From Bdellovibrionota bacterium (GTDB lineage: Bacteria > Bdellovibrionota_C > UBA2361 > OMII01): DNA of 64,000 nt. The DNA is taken from contig JBIKKT010000011.1 of assembly GCA_044360195.1 (NCBI GenBank), positions 7,567 through 71,566 on the forward strand. The letters are read 5' to 3'. The position numbers were made by a program, and so were the translations under genes. The notes beneath the pieces were generated by a model. It ran no database searches, was not told the origin of the DNA, and worked only from the letters and a program-made list of their open reading frames with translations. Shown here piece by piece: positions 9,637 through 19,030 of the stretch (positions are counted from its first letter, which is position 1; every line of letters begins with the position of its first letter).

Positions 9637-12339
9637 ATGTCACAGGCTCAGCCGTCAGCTGTCATTGCATCGCTCATTCGCGCAATCGGTGAAGAGATAA
9701 AAGCTGTCGAGCGCTCGCGTCGGGAGTATAGGGTAACGCACGGCAAGCGGGTATCTGGAAGTGGAGCGCGCCAGCTCTATACGTTTAAAACTAAAGCTAA
9801 CCTGCGTGCCAAAGATGACACTCAGTGCTCTCTAACTTTTTCTGGGGTTAGCTATGCAGGAAACATTGCTTCCTCCAGCGATGGTTCTATTACCGTAGCA
9901 CTTACACAGGACGTGGGTGCTGTCATTCCCTCAGCGGATTTGTCTGTTGATGAGACGCAGCTTTTGAAAGAGTTGCGAGCTGCGCTCTATGCTCTTGGTC
10001 AGGACAAAGAGGATGCGGAGCAGGAGAAACAGAAAGCTCCCTGGAATGAGGGATTGGCTCTTCGTACCCTCGGTCAGCAGCAGCCTCGAAGGGTTGAGCG
10101 ATTATCGCTTCCTGCGTTACCCAACGATCTAACGGATGATCAGCGGCGTGCTATCGAAACTGTTTTTTCCCATGAGACGACTTTCCTCTGGGGCCCCCCG
10201 GGCACGGGGAAAACGCACACTCTTGGCGCCATGGCGCATGCCCTGTACAGCGCAGGTCAACGTATTCTTATCGTTTCGCACACAAATCGCGCGGTTGACG
10301 GGTTGGTGGAGGCGCTATGCAATCGGCTGACGGATAAGGGGGCTGAGCCGATGCCCGTTGATGCCGTAGTGCGCTTGGGACCGATAGCGCGCGAGTCGTT
10401 GCGGGAGCGATACGGGGCCGCTGTAGCGTTCGACGATATCATCCGTCGTATCGATGAAGAAGCGGAGAGTGTTGCGTCCTCGCTGTATCAAGAGCAGATG
10501 GTGTGTAAGCAAGAAATTGAGAGTCTCTCAAAGCTGCCGCCGATGTGGGAGGACCGCACGAGAGTATTAGATAAAATCCGAGAGCTGCAGCAACGCTTCT
10601 GTCGGCATACGACGGGTGTGAGGGGGTTTGTTCGTCGCGTTTTTGGCGAGTCAACGAGTCTTGCTCAACTGCTGCATGACATTCGTGTTGAAGTCACTGA
10701 GCAGGAGGCGCTCGTTACAGAACTCAATACGCAACTTGAGGGTATAGAAGAAGGTGTATGGGAGTCGCGCGCCGCAGAGCTCAATGAGCGTATTCGTGCT
10801 CTGCAGAGTGAGATAGATAAGGCTTTCGAACGTGCTCTCCATGCCAAAGAGTCGCTCATCGATGATGCTCAAGTGGTTGCGATGAGTACGACGCAGGCCT
10901 TCTTGCGGGCATCCACTCTACTTGATTTCGATGCTATCCTGATTGATGAGGCATCAATGGTTCCGCTGCCTGTGGCCTACTACTTGAGTGGTATGGTCTC
11001 AAGCAGGGTAGTTATCGGGGGCGACTTTCGACAACTTCCTCCCATTGCACACTCTAAGGATGAACTCGTGAGGGAGTGGTACGCAAAGGATATCTTCTTT
11101 GCGGCCGGCGTAGTTGATGATGTAAATGCAGGTAGAGCGCGCCCTAACCTCGCCAAGCTCACGAGCCAATTTAGGAGTCATTCAGACCTGTGTGAGTTGA
11201 TAAACGGTCGATTTTACGGGGGCGACCTCACCTCAAGCTTTACAGATTGCACCGGGCTCTCTTTTTCTCCTGAGTTGGAGTACCTGCGAGATAACCGGAT
11301 TATTCTAATCGACACCTCAGAGTATGCAGGTTCTGGACAGTTTGTAAGTAAGTCAAAATCAAACCTTATACATGCCATGATTATTCGCAGTCTGTGCGGT
11401 CAATTGCGTCCGCTATGGCAAGCAGATAATCCGCTGTCTCTTGGGGTAATCTCTCCGTACCGACCGCAGGCCGAGCTTATTAAAGACCTCTTGGTTGAGG
11501 GGGGTAGCGCTGATGTAGCCGTAGGCACGGTTCACCGTTTTCAGGGAGATGAGCGAGCCATCATGATCCTTGATCTTACCGAGAGCGAGCCACATTCCTT
11601 AGGCGGATTCTTTACTGCAAGCTCGTTGTCAGAGGAGGGGGCAAGGCTGTGGAATGTGGCGTTCAGTCGTGCGCAGCGCAATCTGATCGTGGTGGCAAAC
11701 CTTTCCTACTTTAAGAGCAAGTTAGCTCCTAAGCACGTGATGCGTGGAATTGTGCAAGACCTTGAGTCGCGCGCTTTAATTATGAAAGCGGATAAGTTTA
11801 TGACGCCCGCGCCGCATGTACCTGAGGTTGGCTTAGGTAACGTGATCTCGTTTGTAAGTCCGCCCCCGCAGTATTTTAGTGAGGTAGAGTTTTCAGCTGC
11901 ATTTGCCGCCGACATTAAGGAGGCGCGCTATGAGATTTTTATTGTGTCGGCGTTCATATCGGTGACGCGAGTGCGAGCGGTTAGGGATCTGCTTATTCAG
12001 CAGGCGAGGTTAGGGGTTGCTATAACTGTTGTAATCCCGCCGCTTGCCGAAAACGGCTCTATTGATGCTAAAAGCTACGAAAAAGCGGTGGGGATGCTTA
12101 AGGATATCGGCGCTACTGTCATAATCAAGCGATCGCTTCATGCGAAGCTCGTCTGCATCGACAGGGAGGTCGTGTGGACAGGGTCGCTTAACCCGCTTTC
12201 TTTTAGCGGCAGAAATACCGAAACTATGGTGCGTCACGTAAGCTCTGCAGCGTATGCTTCTGTGATGCAGCAATTTGCTTCTGAGGGTGCGTCAAGAAAG
12301 AGTTCAGCGTTTCTGCTTGTTAATAGCGCTCTTAAATAG
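9637..12339 (+). CDS. Superfamily-1 (Upf1/DNA2-like) helicase fused to a C-terminal phospholipase-D (HKD) nuclease domain; candidate single-protein defense/nucleic-acid surveillance factor
   Basis: Walker A 'WGPPGTGKTHTL', a long coiled insertion, Walker B 'IDEASMVP', motif III 'GGDFRQLPPI', 'TVHRFQGDERAIMILD', motif VI 'WNVAFSRAQRNLIVV'. The C-terminus carries 'SLHAKLVCIDREVVWTGSLNP' (HxK..D...GSxN HKD motif). The N-terminal ~170 aa have no recognizable motif. 900 aa. Confidence 0.75.
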   Translation: MSQAQPSAVIASLIRAIGEEIKAVERSRREYRVTHGKRVSGSGARQLYTFKTKANLRAKDDTQCSLTFSGVSYAGNIASSSDGSITVALTQDVGAVIPSADLSVDETQLLKELRAALYALGQDKEDAEQEKQKAPWNEGLALRTLGQQQPRRVERLSLPALPNDLTDDQRRAIETVFSHETTFLWGPPGTGKTHTLGAMAHALYSAGQRILIVSHTNRAVDGLVEALCNRLTDKGAEPMPVDAVVRLGPIARESLRERYGAAVAFDDIIRRIDEEAESVASSLYQEQMVCKQEIESLSKLPPMWEDRTRVLDKIRELQQRFCRHTTGVRGFVRRVFGESTSLAQLLHDIRVEVTEQEALVTELNTQLEGIEEGVWESRAAELNERIRALQSEIDKAFERALHAKESLIDDAQVVAMSTTQAFLRASTLLDFDAILIDEASMVPLPVAYYLSGMVSSRVVIGGDFRQLPPIAHSKDELVREWYAKDIFFAAGVVDDVNAGRARPNLAKLTSQFRSHSDLCELINGRFYGGDLTSSFTDCTGLSFSPELEYLRDNRIILIDTSEYAGSGQFVSKSKSNLIHAMIIRSLCGQLRPLWQADNPLSLGVISPYRPQAELIKDLLVEGGSADVAVGTVHRFQGDERAIMILDLTESEPHSLGGFFTASSLSEEGARLWNVAFSRAQRNLIVVANLSYFKSKLAPKHVMRGIVQDLESRALIMKADKFMTPAPHVPEVGLGNVISFVSPPPQYFSEVEFSAAFAADIKEARYEIFIVSAFISVTRVRAVRDLLIQQARLGVAITVVIPPLAENGSIDAKSYEKAVGMLKDIGATVIIKRSLHAKLVCIDREVVWTGSLNPLSFSGRNTETMVRHVSSAAYASVMQQFASEGASRKSSAFLLVNSALK

Positions 12340-12921
12340 GGCACCAAACGAATTTGGCTTTTCTTCCTCTGCTGCACCGGCCTGCCAGCTACGCTTTGAG
12401 CAGTCCCTATTGCACACACGACACCGCTCGTGTTCATCGCGTTCGGGGTGCCAAAAGGGGGAGAGAGAGAGTATTAGAGCCTCTTGCAGGGGCTCCTCTA
12501 GGTATACGTGTTCACCTTCGTATACTATGACTCCAGGGTCCTCTATCTCATCATTAGGAGCCGCCCGGTCACTCACTGTCTGGAGGACCCAGTCTATATA
12601 AGCTGACACCTCGTGGCTTACTGGGTCTGCGCAGGTTGAGCACTCCTGTTTACACATCCCACTGATGAGACCCTTTACCAGGATGCCACCGTGGGTGCGA
12701 GTGAGGGTAAGGTCTGCTATCGGAGCGGCTTCAAAGGCCATAGTTGAGCCGCTTTCGCCCGCTTTTAGTCGATTGTTGAGCTCATTCAGATCGATGGGGG
12801 CATCGATCTTCATGCCTGAAAATGGGATGGTTGTAACAGTTATTCTCATAGCGGCTTGGTGGTCTAAAAAGGCCCCAGTATTGTAGCTGATCGGCGTGAA
12901 ATAGGGTACTTTACAGACCAA
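12304..12921 (-). CDS. YceD/DUF177 family protein (large ribosomal subunit accumulation protein-like)
   Basis: C-terminal Cys cluster 'CxxC...CRVCNRDC' and the 'LQEALILSLSP' signature typical of DUF177. The start may be the internal 'MRITVTT'. It overlaps the helicase 3' end convergently by ~36 bp. Confidence 0.5.
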   Translation of the reverse strand: MVCKVPYFTPISYNTGAFLDHQAAMRITVTTIPFSGMKIDAPIDLNELNNRLKAGESGSTMAFEAAPIADLTLTRTHGGILVKGLISGMCKQECSTCADPVSHEVSAYIDWVLQTVSDRAAPNDEIEDPGVIVYEGEHVYLEEPLQEALILSLSPFWHPERDEHERCRVCNRDCSKRSWQAGAAEEEKPNSFGALFKSAINKQKR

Positions 12922-13023
12922 AGAAATCGCCCAAACAACCCTTTGAGCTCAAGAAAAAGTGGGTTATAACGCAACTGGGGGCGCAAGTTTCCGAATTAGA
13001 TGTCAATGTTTTAGGAGGCTTCT

Positions 13024-13521
13024 ATGGCTATTAACAAAGTTATCTTACTTGGAAATTTGGGCAAGGACCCAGAGCTACGTTACACCCCGCAACAGATGGC
13101 TATCTGTTCTTTCTCTCTGGCAACAGGAGAGAGGAAGAAAGACGCTAGCGGTCAGTGGGTTGACCACACTGAGTGGCACAACATCGTAACCTTCGGACGG
13201 ACGGCTGAGAACTGCTCTAAGTTCCTCAAGAAGGGGCGTCAGGCGTTTATCGAAGGAAAGATCCGAACACGTAAGTGGCAGGATAAAGAAGGGAAGGATC
13301 GTTGGACAACCGAAGTCCTAGCGGACCAGGTGCAGTTCGTGGGTGGTCGCGGTGAAGGCGCTGAGAGCGGCGGTGGTGACTACGGTCATGAGTCTGCTGG
13401 TGAAAGCGTTTTGGCTGGGATTCCAACAGCGGATTCCCTCCCAAAGGTTGCTAACGGTGGTTCCAGAGGATCAGTTTCAAGTGAACCCGTAACATTCGAC
13501 GATGATGACATCCCTTTCTAG
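13024..13521 (+). CDS. ssb: Single-stranded DNA-binding protein
   Basis: 'MAINKVILLGNLGKDPELRYTPQ' OB-fold N-terminus, a Gly-rich linker, and the acidic C-terminal tip 'DDDIPF'. Confidence 0.92.
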   Translation: MAINKVILLGNLGKDPELRYTPQQMAICSFSLATGERKKDASGQWVDHTEWHNIVTFGRTAENCSKFLKKGRQAFIEGKIRTRKWQDKEGKDRWTTEVLADQVQFVGGRGEGAESGGGDYGHESAGESVLAGIPTADSLPKVANGGSRGSVSSEPVTFDDDDIPF

Positions 13522-14122
13522 CATCTCGGATTTCGTAATCATCCCGGTAGTATCAGCATTGATCGGCTATGTAACCAATTACATAGCCGTTCTGATGCTC
13601 TTTAGGCCGCATTCTCCGCGTCGAATTCTGGGCCTCTCTCTGCACGGGCTTGTGCCGCGTCGACAGAAGGAGATAGCTGCAAGTCTAGGAGCGATGATTG
13701 AGAACAACCTCTTCTCTCAAGAGGATGTCAGAAAGGCGCTCAGTGGCAAGGATACTGCTGATGAGGCAGCGTCATTTTTAAACGAGCAGGTTGATCTCTT
13801 CGTTCAGAAATTATCGGGACAGAATCCTATGATCGGCGCCTTTCTTCAGGGGCCGCTTTTGGGTCAGGTGAAAGGGATGCTTGGTGCGCAGATCGCTGAA
13901 CGCTTTCCCGCGTTTATTGAGCGAGTCGTACAGAAAGCTGAAGGTGAGCTTAACGTCAAAGCGATTGTTCAGGCGAAGATCGAAGCTTTTGAGATGAAGA
14001 AGTTAGAAGCTCTTATTTATGAGATCTCAGCGCGGGAGCTACGAACTATCGAGGTGCTCGGAGGAGTGCTCGGTTTTATCGTTGGCTTGTTCCAGCTCGT
14101 AATTATAAAAGTGGTTAGCTAA
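13502..14122 (+). CDS. DUF445-like membrane protein
   Basis: N-terminal TM helix and the conserved 'HGLVPRRQKEIAASLG' (GLIPRRQ) motif, plus a C-terminal TM helix. Overlaps ssb by 20 bp. Confidence 0.4.
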   Translation: MMTSLSSISDFVIIPVVSALIGYVTNYIAVLMLFRPHSPRRILGLSLHGLVPRRQKEIAASLGAMIENNLFSQEDVRKALSGKDTADEAASFLNEQVDLFVQKLSGQNPMIGAFLQGPLLGQVKGMLGAQIAERFPAFIERVVQKAEGELNVKAIVQAKIEAFEMKKLEALIYEISARELRTIEVLGGVLGFIVGLFQLVIIKVVS

Positions 14123-14142
14123 GCGCGTCTGCGGATGTAGGT

Positions 14143-14946
14143 ATGCCGATCTCACTTTCTCAGTACGGATCAGTTGCTCTTGTAACCGGTGCAAGTTCAG
14201 GTATCGGTGAGGCGTTCTGTAGAACACTTGCAGCGCTTGGCTTTTCTCTCATTGTGGTTGCGCGGCGCGAAGACCGTTTGCAGGCGTTGAAGCGTGAGCT
14301 TGAAGAGCGCCACGGTGTGCGAGTAGTTCCCGTGGTTCTTGATATCACATCGGCTGATGCCGCCAAGCGTGTTGCAGCTGTTGTAGAAGCTGAAGGAATG
14401 AACGTTGACGTGTTGGTAAACAACGCGGGTTTTGGGCTCCTTGGAAAAGTTGAATCGCCAGAGCACGAGCGAGCAGTCGGAATGGTGGATCTAAACTGTA
14501 GGGCAGTTGTCGATTTCACCTATCATTTCTTGCCAGCGATGAAGACAAGGCGGCGCGGGGCGGTGATTATAGTATCCAGTGTAGTTGGAAGTATCCCGGT
14601 TCCCTGGTTTGCAATCTACGGTGCGACAAAGGCTTTTGACCTCTATTTTGGTGAAGCGCTGTACGGAGAGTGTCACGGTACCGGCGTAGACGTTTTAACT
14701 GTTCTTCCAGGCTTAACAAAAACCGAGTTCCAAGGTGGGGCGGGGCTGAGAGAGTATCACTCCCCGTACCGTACAGCTCAGCAGGTGGTTGATACGGCAC
14801 TCAGAGCGCTTGGTCGTAAGCCTATCGTGGTAGATGGGGTCTTTAATAAGATGCTCGTTCACGGAACCCGCTTTGTGCCGCGTGGCATTCTGACATTGGT
14901 TAGCCGCCTGGTGATGAAGAAAGAGTTGGGCGGGACGGTAAGGTAA
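14143..14946 (+). CDS. Short-chain dehydrogenase/reductase (SDR)
   Basis: 'ALVTGASSGIGEAF' Rossmann motif and 'NNAG'. YxxxK is at 'YGATKAF'. Confidence 0.82.
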   Translation: MPISLSQYGSVALVTGASSGIGEAFCRTLAALGFSLIVVARREDRLQALKRELEERHGVRVVPVVLDITSADAAKRVAAVVEAEGMNVDVLVNNAGFGLLGKVESPEHERAVGMVDLNCRAVVDFTYHFLPAMKTRRRGAVIIVSSVVGSIPVPWFAIYGATKAFDLYFGEALYGECHGTGVDVLTVLPGLTKTEFQGGAGLREYHSPYRTAQQVVDTALRALGRKPIVVDGVFNKMLVHGTRFVPRGILTLVSRLVMKKELGGTVR

Positions 14947-15056
14947 GTCAGACTTCGCTCACCATGAGAGGCGTGGTGTTGTAGTAGGCGCGCATCGGAC
15001 ACGGAGCTTCTAGCTCCGCCTAAACTTCGCTGTCTCATCTGCTCAGAAAGCCCACG

Positions 15057-15905
15057 CTATAGCATCTTCTCATCCGAGCGGGCTTTTTGAATAAGGTCAT
15101 AGGCCACCTGTAATTCGCGAAAGCGGGTTTCACAGAATGCCATTACTTCCGCCGGCATATCGGAGTGGGCGTGGCTATCAGGGTGGTATCTTTTTGCTAA
15201 TTGGCGGTAGTGCGACTTTATCTCGGATAGTGAGGAAGAAGGTTCGCATTCAAGGGTCTGATAAGCTAATTCAAGCTCAGTAAGCTCTTTTTTTGGGGTT
15301 CTTTTAAGGGTTTCTCGTTGCTGGTCTGAGTCGCTGTAGGTATCTTGATGCAACCGCTCTTCCTCTACCTTGTGTGTAAAGTGGCGTTGTTTGATTTTGT
15401 CGTAGGTCTGCTCTGAAATTCCAAAGATCTTAACTGCTACCTGCACCAGGCGAGCTTCATTGCGGGAGAAGCTGTCGTCAGCAACGGCCACGGTAAGCAG
15501 TAGGTCAACCATCGCCTCGCGAACTGCCGCACCTGGGCCACACATGCTATGGAATTGCCTCGCGTAATCTTCAAAGGAGAGAGTTGAGCTCCTTCCCTTC
15601 CTAAAGGCGCTCATCGCGTACATTTTCTTCCGAGGCTTGAATTGCAGCTCAGCACTGATAAAAGCACTAACCACGTCGAGCGTTGCTCCGTTTGTGTCGC
15701 CGTCGGCGTGGCACAGTTTAGCCAGCATAGCGAAGAGCGCGTCATAAAACATGGGCTCAAATCTGCGACTCAGGCGAGCCTTAAGCCATAGGAGCGGTCT
15801 TTTAATCGTTAAGAAAAGCTTGCGGTCGAACATGTCGTGCAGATAAATATAGAAGACACTGGTAAGGGCGTGCAACACCTCTAAGGACGGCGACCAGTGT
15901 ATCAA
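15057..15905 (-). CDS. DjlA-like co-chaperone: TerB-like domain plus a C-terminal J-domain
   Basis: C-terminal 'IKSHYRQLAKRYHPDSH' J-domain HPD motif. Central 'CHADGDT' TerB-like region. Confidence 0.55.
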   Translation of the reverse strand: MIHWSPSLEVLHALTSVFYIYLHDMFDRKLFLTIKRPLLWLKARLSRRFEPMFYDALFAMLAKLCHADGDTNGATLDVVSAFISAELQFKPRKKMYAMSAFRKGRSSTLSFEDYARQFHSMCGPGAAVREAMVDLLLTVAVADDSFSRNEARLVQVAVKIFGISEQTYDKIKQRHFTHKVEEERLHQDTYSDSDQQRETLKRTPKKELTELELAYQTLECEPSSSLSEIKSHYRQLAKRYHPDSHAHSDMPAEVMAFCETRFRELQVAYDLIQKARSDEKML

Positions 15906-16318
15906 TTACGATCGCCTCTTGACGTATCTCTTCTTTGAAATAAGTGGCTACGTGCGCTTCTAGCATCTCGGTCGCCATATGTAATTTACTGACGATTCTT
16001 TGAAGGAGCCCAATGGTAGAGCTTCTACCTGAGCGCAACATTGCGCTTGGCTGGTGAGGATTGAGATGAGCTCCTCATCGAGGAGCAGATTCACCCAGCG
16101 CTTGGCGTTAAGCGATATTCGATGCCAGGTTGTTTTCCCGGTAGCGCAGGGGGGGGTGAGGAGGAAAAAGTGAATCGGTCTCGCTGTCGTTAAGCTCACT
16201 GGCCGCTTGAGCGAATCTTTGGTAGTTACTATCTTGTGTTCTTTGAGCTCATGCTTGCTTATACAGGTGCATAAGCAGCACAACATCTCATGCCTTATCG
16301 ACCACCTTCATTATCACT

Positions 16319-16978
16319 ATGAAAGACCTCGCGTACCACTTTCACATTACTCAACCGGAAAATCTTATTTTTGAACTACCCTCGTATGCCCATTTTGGGG
16401 ATAAGATAGCTTTTCTTAATTTACTAAGGAGCCTTAACCCTCCGGAATATCGTGTCAACCCGGGAGCCTCTGGGGAAAGTGTAGAGACGGTTCGTCTTTT
16501 TTTTGACGACCATAGACTCACACATGAAGCTGTTACCTGCATATTTCGCGGTACTCCCGAATACCTCGATGAAGTCTACAAAAATAAATACCATCTTATA
16601 AAAAGCCAGCATAATAATCATCCGACTAATCGGAAGCTTATCACCTACAGTTTTGAAGCACGATATGCCCGTGAAGCCAAGATTCCTCCATATATATCGG
16701 AGCTACTATCTGAATTCAAAAAGCTAGCGGACGTTGTTGAAGTGGGAGAATCTCTGGGTGTATTGAAAACTACAGCGCTTATTCAGGAGTCCCAGCTCTT
16801 CGTGGGTGTAGACAACGGAGTTTCTCATCTGTGCCGATGCACAAATACACCGCACCTTATACTGGAGCATCTTTTCGATGTTTCACGCGGCTTCCCTCGG
16901 GATTTCTACGACTATTGGAAAGCTAACTCACTTCAATCCGCTGTTGATATCGCAAGAAGTATTTTAGTCGATCGGTAG
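16319..16978 (+). CDS. Glycosyltransferase family 9 (heptosyltransferase)-like C-terminal domain protein, short (AT-richer gene)
   Basis: 'QLFVGVDNGVSHLCRCTNTPHLIL' matches the GT9 'LFIGNDSGPMHLAAALGTP' signature. Only 219 aa, so the N-terminal acceptor domain is missing. Confidence 0.35.
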   Translation: MKDLAYHFHITQPENLIFELPSYAHFGDKIAFLNLLRSLNPPEYRVNPGASGESVETVRLFFDDHRLTHEAVTCIFRGTPEYLDEVYKNKYHLIKSQHNNHPTNRKLITYSFEARYAREAKIPPYISELLSEFKKLADVVEVGESLGVLKTTALIQESQLFVGVDNGVSHLCRCTNTPHLILEHLFDVSRGFPRDFYDYWKANSLQSAVDIARSILVDR

Positions 16979-17046
16979 CTCACGAGAATGGGCTAACAGG
17001 TAGCCGGCTCGCATGGCCGACCAACACGGCAGGACTTTCCTGCTAA

Positions 17047-17226
17047 GGACACCACTTTCATGGACTTATTGGTCACGGATATTGGGAAGACGAGGCCTTC
17101 TCCAGGTTCTCAGAGGTGGACCTCAAAGCTATTGAGGACACGTTCGCAGAGCGGGTGCTCGCACGATTCCATAAGCGAGAAATCCTGATCGATGATGACG
17201 TGGCGCAGATCCTCTTGCTGGAATAG
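17047..17226 (+). pseudogene. Orphan C-terminal gene fragment (~59 codons, no start codon) in a degenerate 0.9-kb spacer
   Basis: Frame reads '...WEDEAFSRFSEVDLKAIEDTFAERVLARFHKREILIDDDVAQILLLE*', which is protein-like but truncated by a stop at 17044. A second fragment, 17298..17492, is similar. None of the three forward frames yields a credible upstream extension. Confidence 0.2.
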
Positions 17227-17857
17227 ATGGGCTGATGGCGTGTTTTTTCGCTGGAGTCTTGGCGTAGGCGGGCCGACTCCTCCACCGTGAACGCGCCGTG
17301 TATCACTCTTTTGATGCTGCCTGCGACTCGTGTTCCGTCGCGGGGATTATGGTTGCATTTCCCTGGGAACCAGCTGGCGCATTCGAAGATGTTCGGCACG
17401 AGAAGTACGATGGGATTGCTACGATAAACATCAATCATAAGCAGGTGCGAAGGCTCTTGCAGGCGCACGAGAGGATGACACTATCGTTGTAGTGCTCATA
17501 ATCGCTATTACCAAGAAAACTACTCACTTTTTCTAAGTGCCTAGTACCTGGTGATGGTGTGGTCATGAAGCCGGGAGGGCTATTGGGACTGTTGAATAAA
17601 TAGCCCCTAAGCGGGGGCTACCTAGCCTCCAAGGGAGTTTTGCCACCTTCGGAGAGCTGAAGAAGCTGCTTGCGGAGTGACACGAGGTCCAATTGAGTCT
17701 CTGCTAATCTGAGACGCGTTCCCAATCAGATTCAACGGTGCTACAATTGCCACAGTTCATTTAATAGTAATGCTATCAACTTGTTCAGCGGTACTCATCA
17801 AGCATCTGTAGTGACTGTAGGAGAAGGTGTCGAGGCGTTCTAGCAGGTGAGATTCTA

Positions 17858-18436
17858 ATGACTAACGAACAAAGTAAGGCAGCGAAACGCAGATTCAACT
17901 TTGGTAAATTCCATAGTAACTACTTCGTAGGTAGCGGGATTGATATCGGCGCTGGACCTGACTCGCTCGGTAATTACCGACATGTTTTCCGTGGTATGGT
18001 TGCGGTCAGGGCTTGGGACACGCCTGATGGTGATGCTCAGTACCTTGAGGGTGTCGAAGACAATACTTACGACTTTGCTGTATCCAGTCACAGCCTTGAA
18101 CATATGGTGGATGTGGATAAGTCTCTTCGCAATTGGATTCGGGTCGTAAAACCGGGCGGCTATATAATCATCGCTGTTCCGGACGAGGAGATGTACGAGC
18201 GGAATCGCTGGCCGTCGATCGGCAATGCTGACCATAAGTGGAGTTTTACGGTAAAGACTGACTCGACCATGCCTAAGTCGATCAACGTGCTGGATCTAGT
18301 CAAGTCCGTGGGTGATGTAGCGACTCTTGAAAAGATCGAACTCATAGATGAATTTTTTGTTCCGGGTTGGGATGTCGATCAGACAAAGACAACTGTCACT
18401 GAATGTGCGATTGAAATTGTTTTGAGAAAAAAGTAG
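17858..18436 (+). CDS. Class I SAM-dependent methyltransferase (Methyltransf_11/23-like)
   Basis: 'GIDIGAGPDSLG' motif I, 'NTYDFAVSSHSLEHM', 'VKPGGYIIIAVP'. AT-richer than the flanks. Confidence 0.55.
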   Translation: MTNEQSKAAKRRFNFGKFHSNYFVGSGIDIGAGPDSLGNYRHVFRGMVAVRAWDTPDGDAQYLEGVEDNTYDFAVSSHSLEHMVDVDKSLRNWIRVVKPGGYIIIAVPDEEMYERNRWPSIGNADHKWSFTVKTDSTMPKSINVLDLVKSVGDVATLEKIELIDEFFVPGWDVDQTKTTVTECAIEIVLRKK

Positions 18437-18534
18437 CGATTGTCTTAAAAATAGTGGCTCGAGGTATCCGTCAAAATACGCGATAAATCTCAGTTTTTGA
18501 TGGGATTTAAAGGAATCGATGCACGTGAGCAAAT

Positions 18535-18568
18535 GACCTAATTCGTTTTAAGCAAAACGAATTAGGTC
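18535..18568. terminator. Perfect 15-bp stem / 4-nt loop hairpin between convergent genes (bidirectional terminator candidate)
   Basis: 'gacctaattcgtttt aagc aaaacgaattaggtc', enclosed by an outer imperfect 'gatgcacgtgagc...gctcgcatgcac' inverted repeat. Confidence 0.5.
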
Positions 18569-18621
18569 GAAAGAAGCTCGCATGCACACAGAGAAACTAT
18601 GTCGCGGGTTAATCGGCGGGG

Positions 18622-18963
18622 TTATATCACCGCCGAGCGAATATGGCGCCGCTCTATCACTGTATCCTCGGACTCGAGCAGATCTTTAGTGAGCCACTCG
18701 CGTTCCTCTTCTAAGGGGCCAGAGACGGGGCGTCTACCGGCTATTCTGTACCAGTAGCGGGCATTCCATAGGTCACCTTCTTTGCGGTGCAGGTATGCAT
18801 GCACTCGAGCGCTACACCTGTCTTCGTCCTCTTGCACGGCCTCGTGAGCAGCGCTCCAGTCTCCGTTGAATTCGTACCACAGGGCTTTTAGCGGCGTTGA
18901 GAGCTCGTGGGGAGGGGTCTCGGAGGTAAGGGACTCTATAAAATCATTGAAATTCATAATCAT
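18622..18963 (-). CDS. Hypothetical protein
   Basis: 113-aa ORF, Trp/acidic-rich ('WYEFNGDWSAAHEAVQEDEDR'), no recognizable motif. Confidence 0.3.
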   Translation of the reverse strand: MIMNFNDFIESLTSETPPHELSTPLKALWYEFNGDWSAAHEAVQEDEDRCSARVHAYLHRKEGDLWNARYWYRIAGRRPVSGPLEEEREWLTKDLLESEDTVIERRHIRSAVI

Positions 18964-19030
18964 CTCTCTATCAAGCGCAGTTATTATCCCACACCGACGA
19001 AGAAAGTTTGATTAAATTCTGGTAAATTGT

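Noticed and set aside
15802-16286. Overlapping small ORFs upstream of the djlA-like gene (possible frameshifted N-terminus)
   Set aside because: No recognisable continuity with DjlA N-terminal TM/TerB sequence in any frame. Insufficient evidence for a frameshift.
17073-17468. 131-aa minus-strand ORF in the 16.98-17.86 kb spacer
   Set aside because: Composition is not protein-like (Ser/Arg-rich, no motifs). The region better explained as decayed gene fragments on the plus strand.
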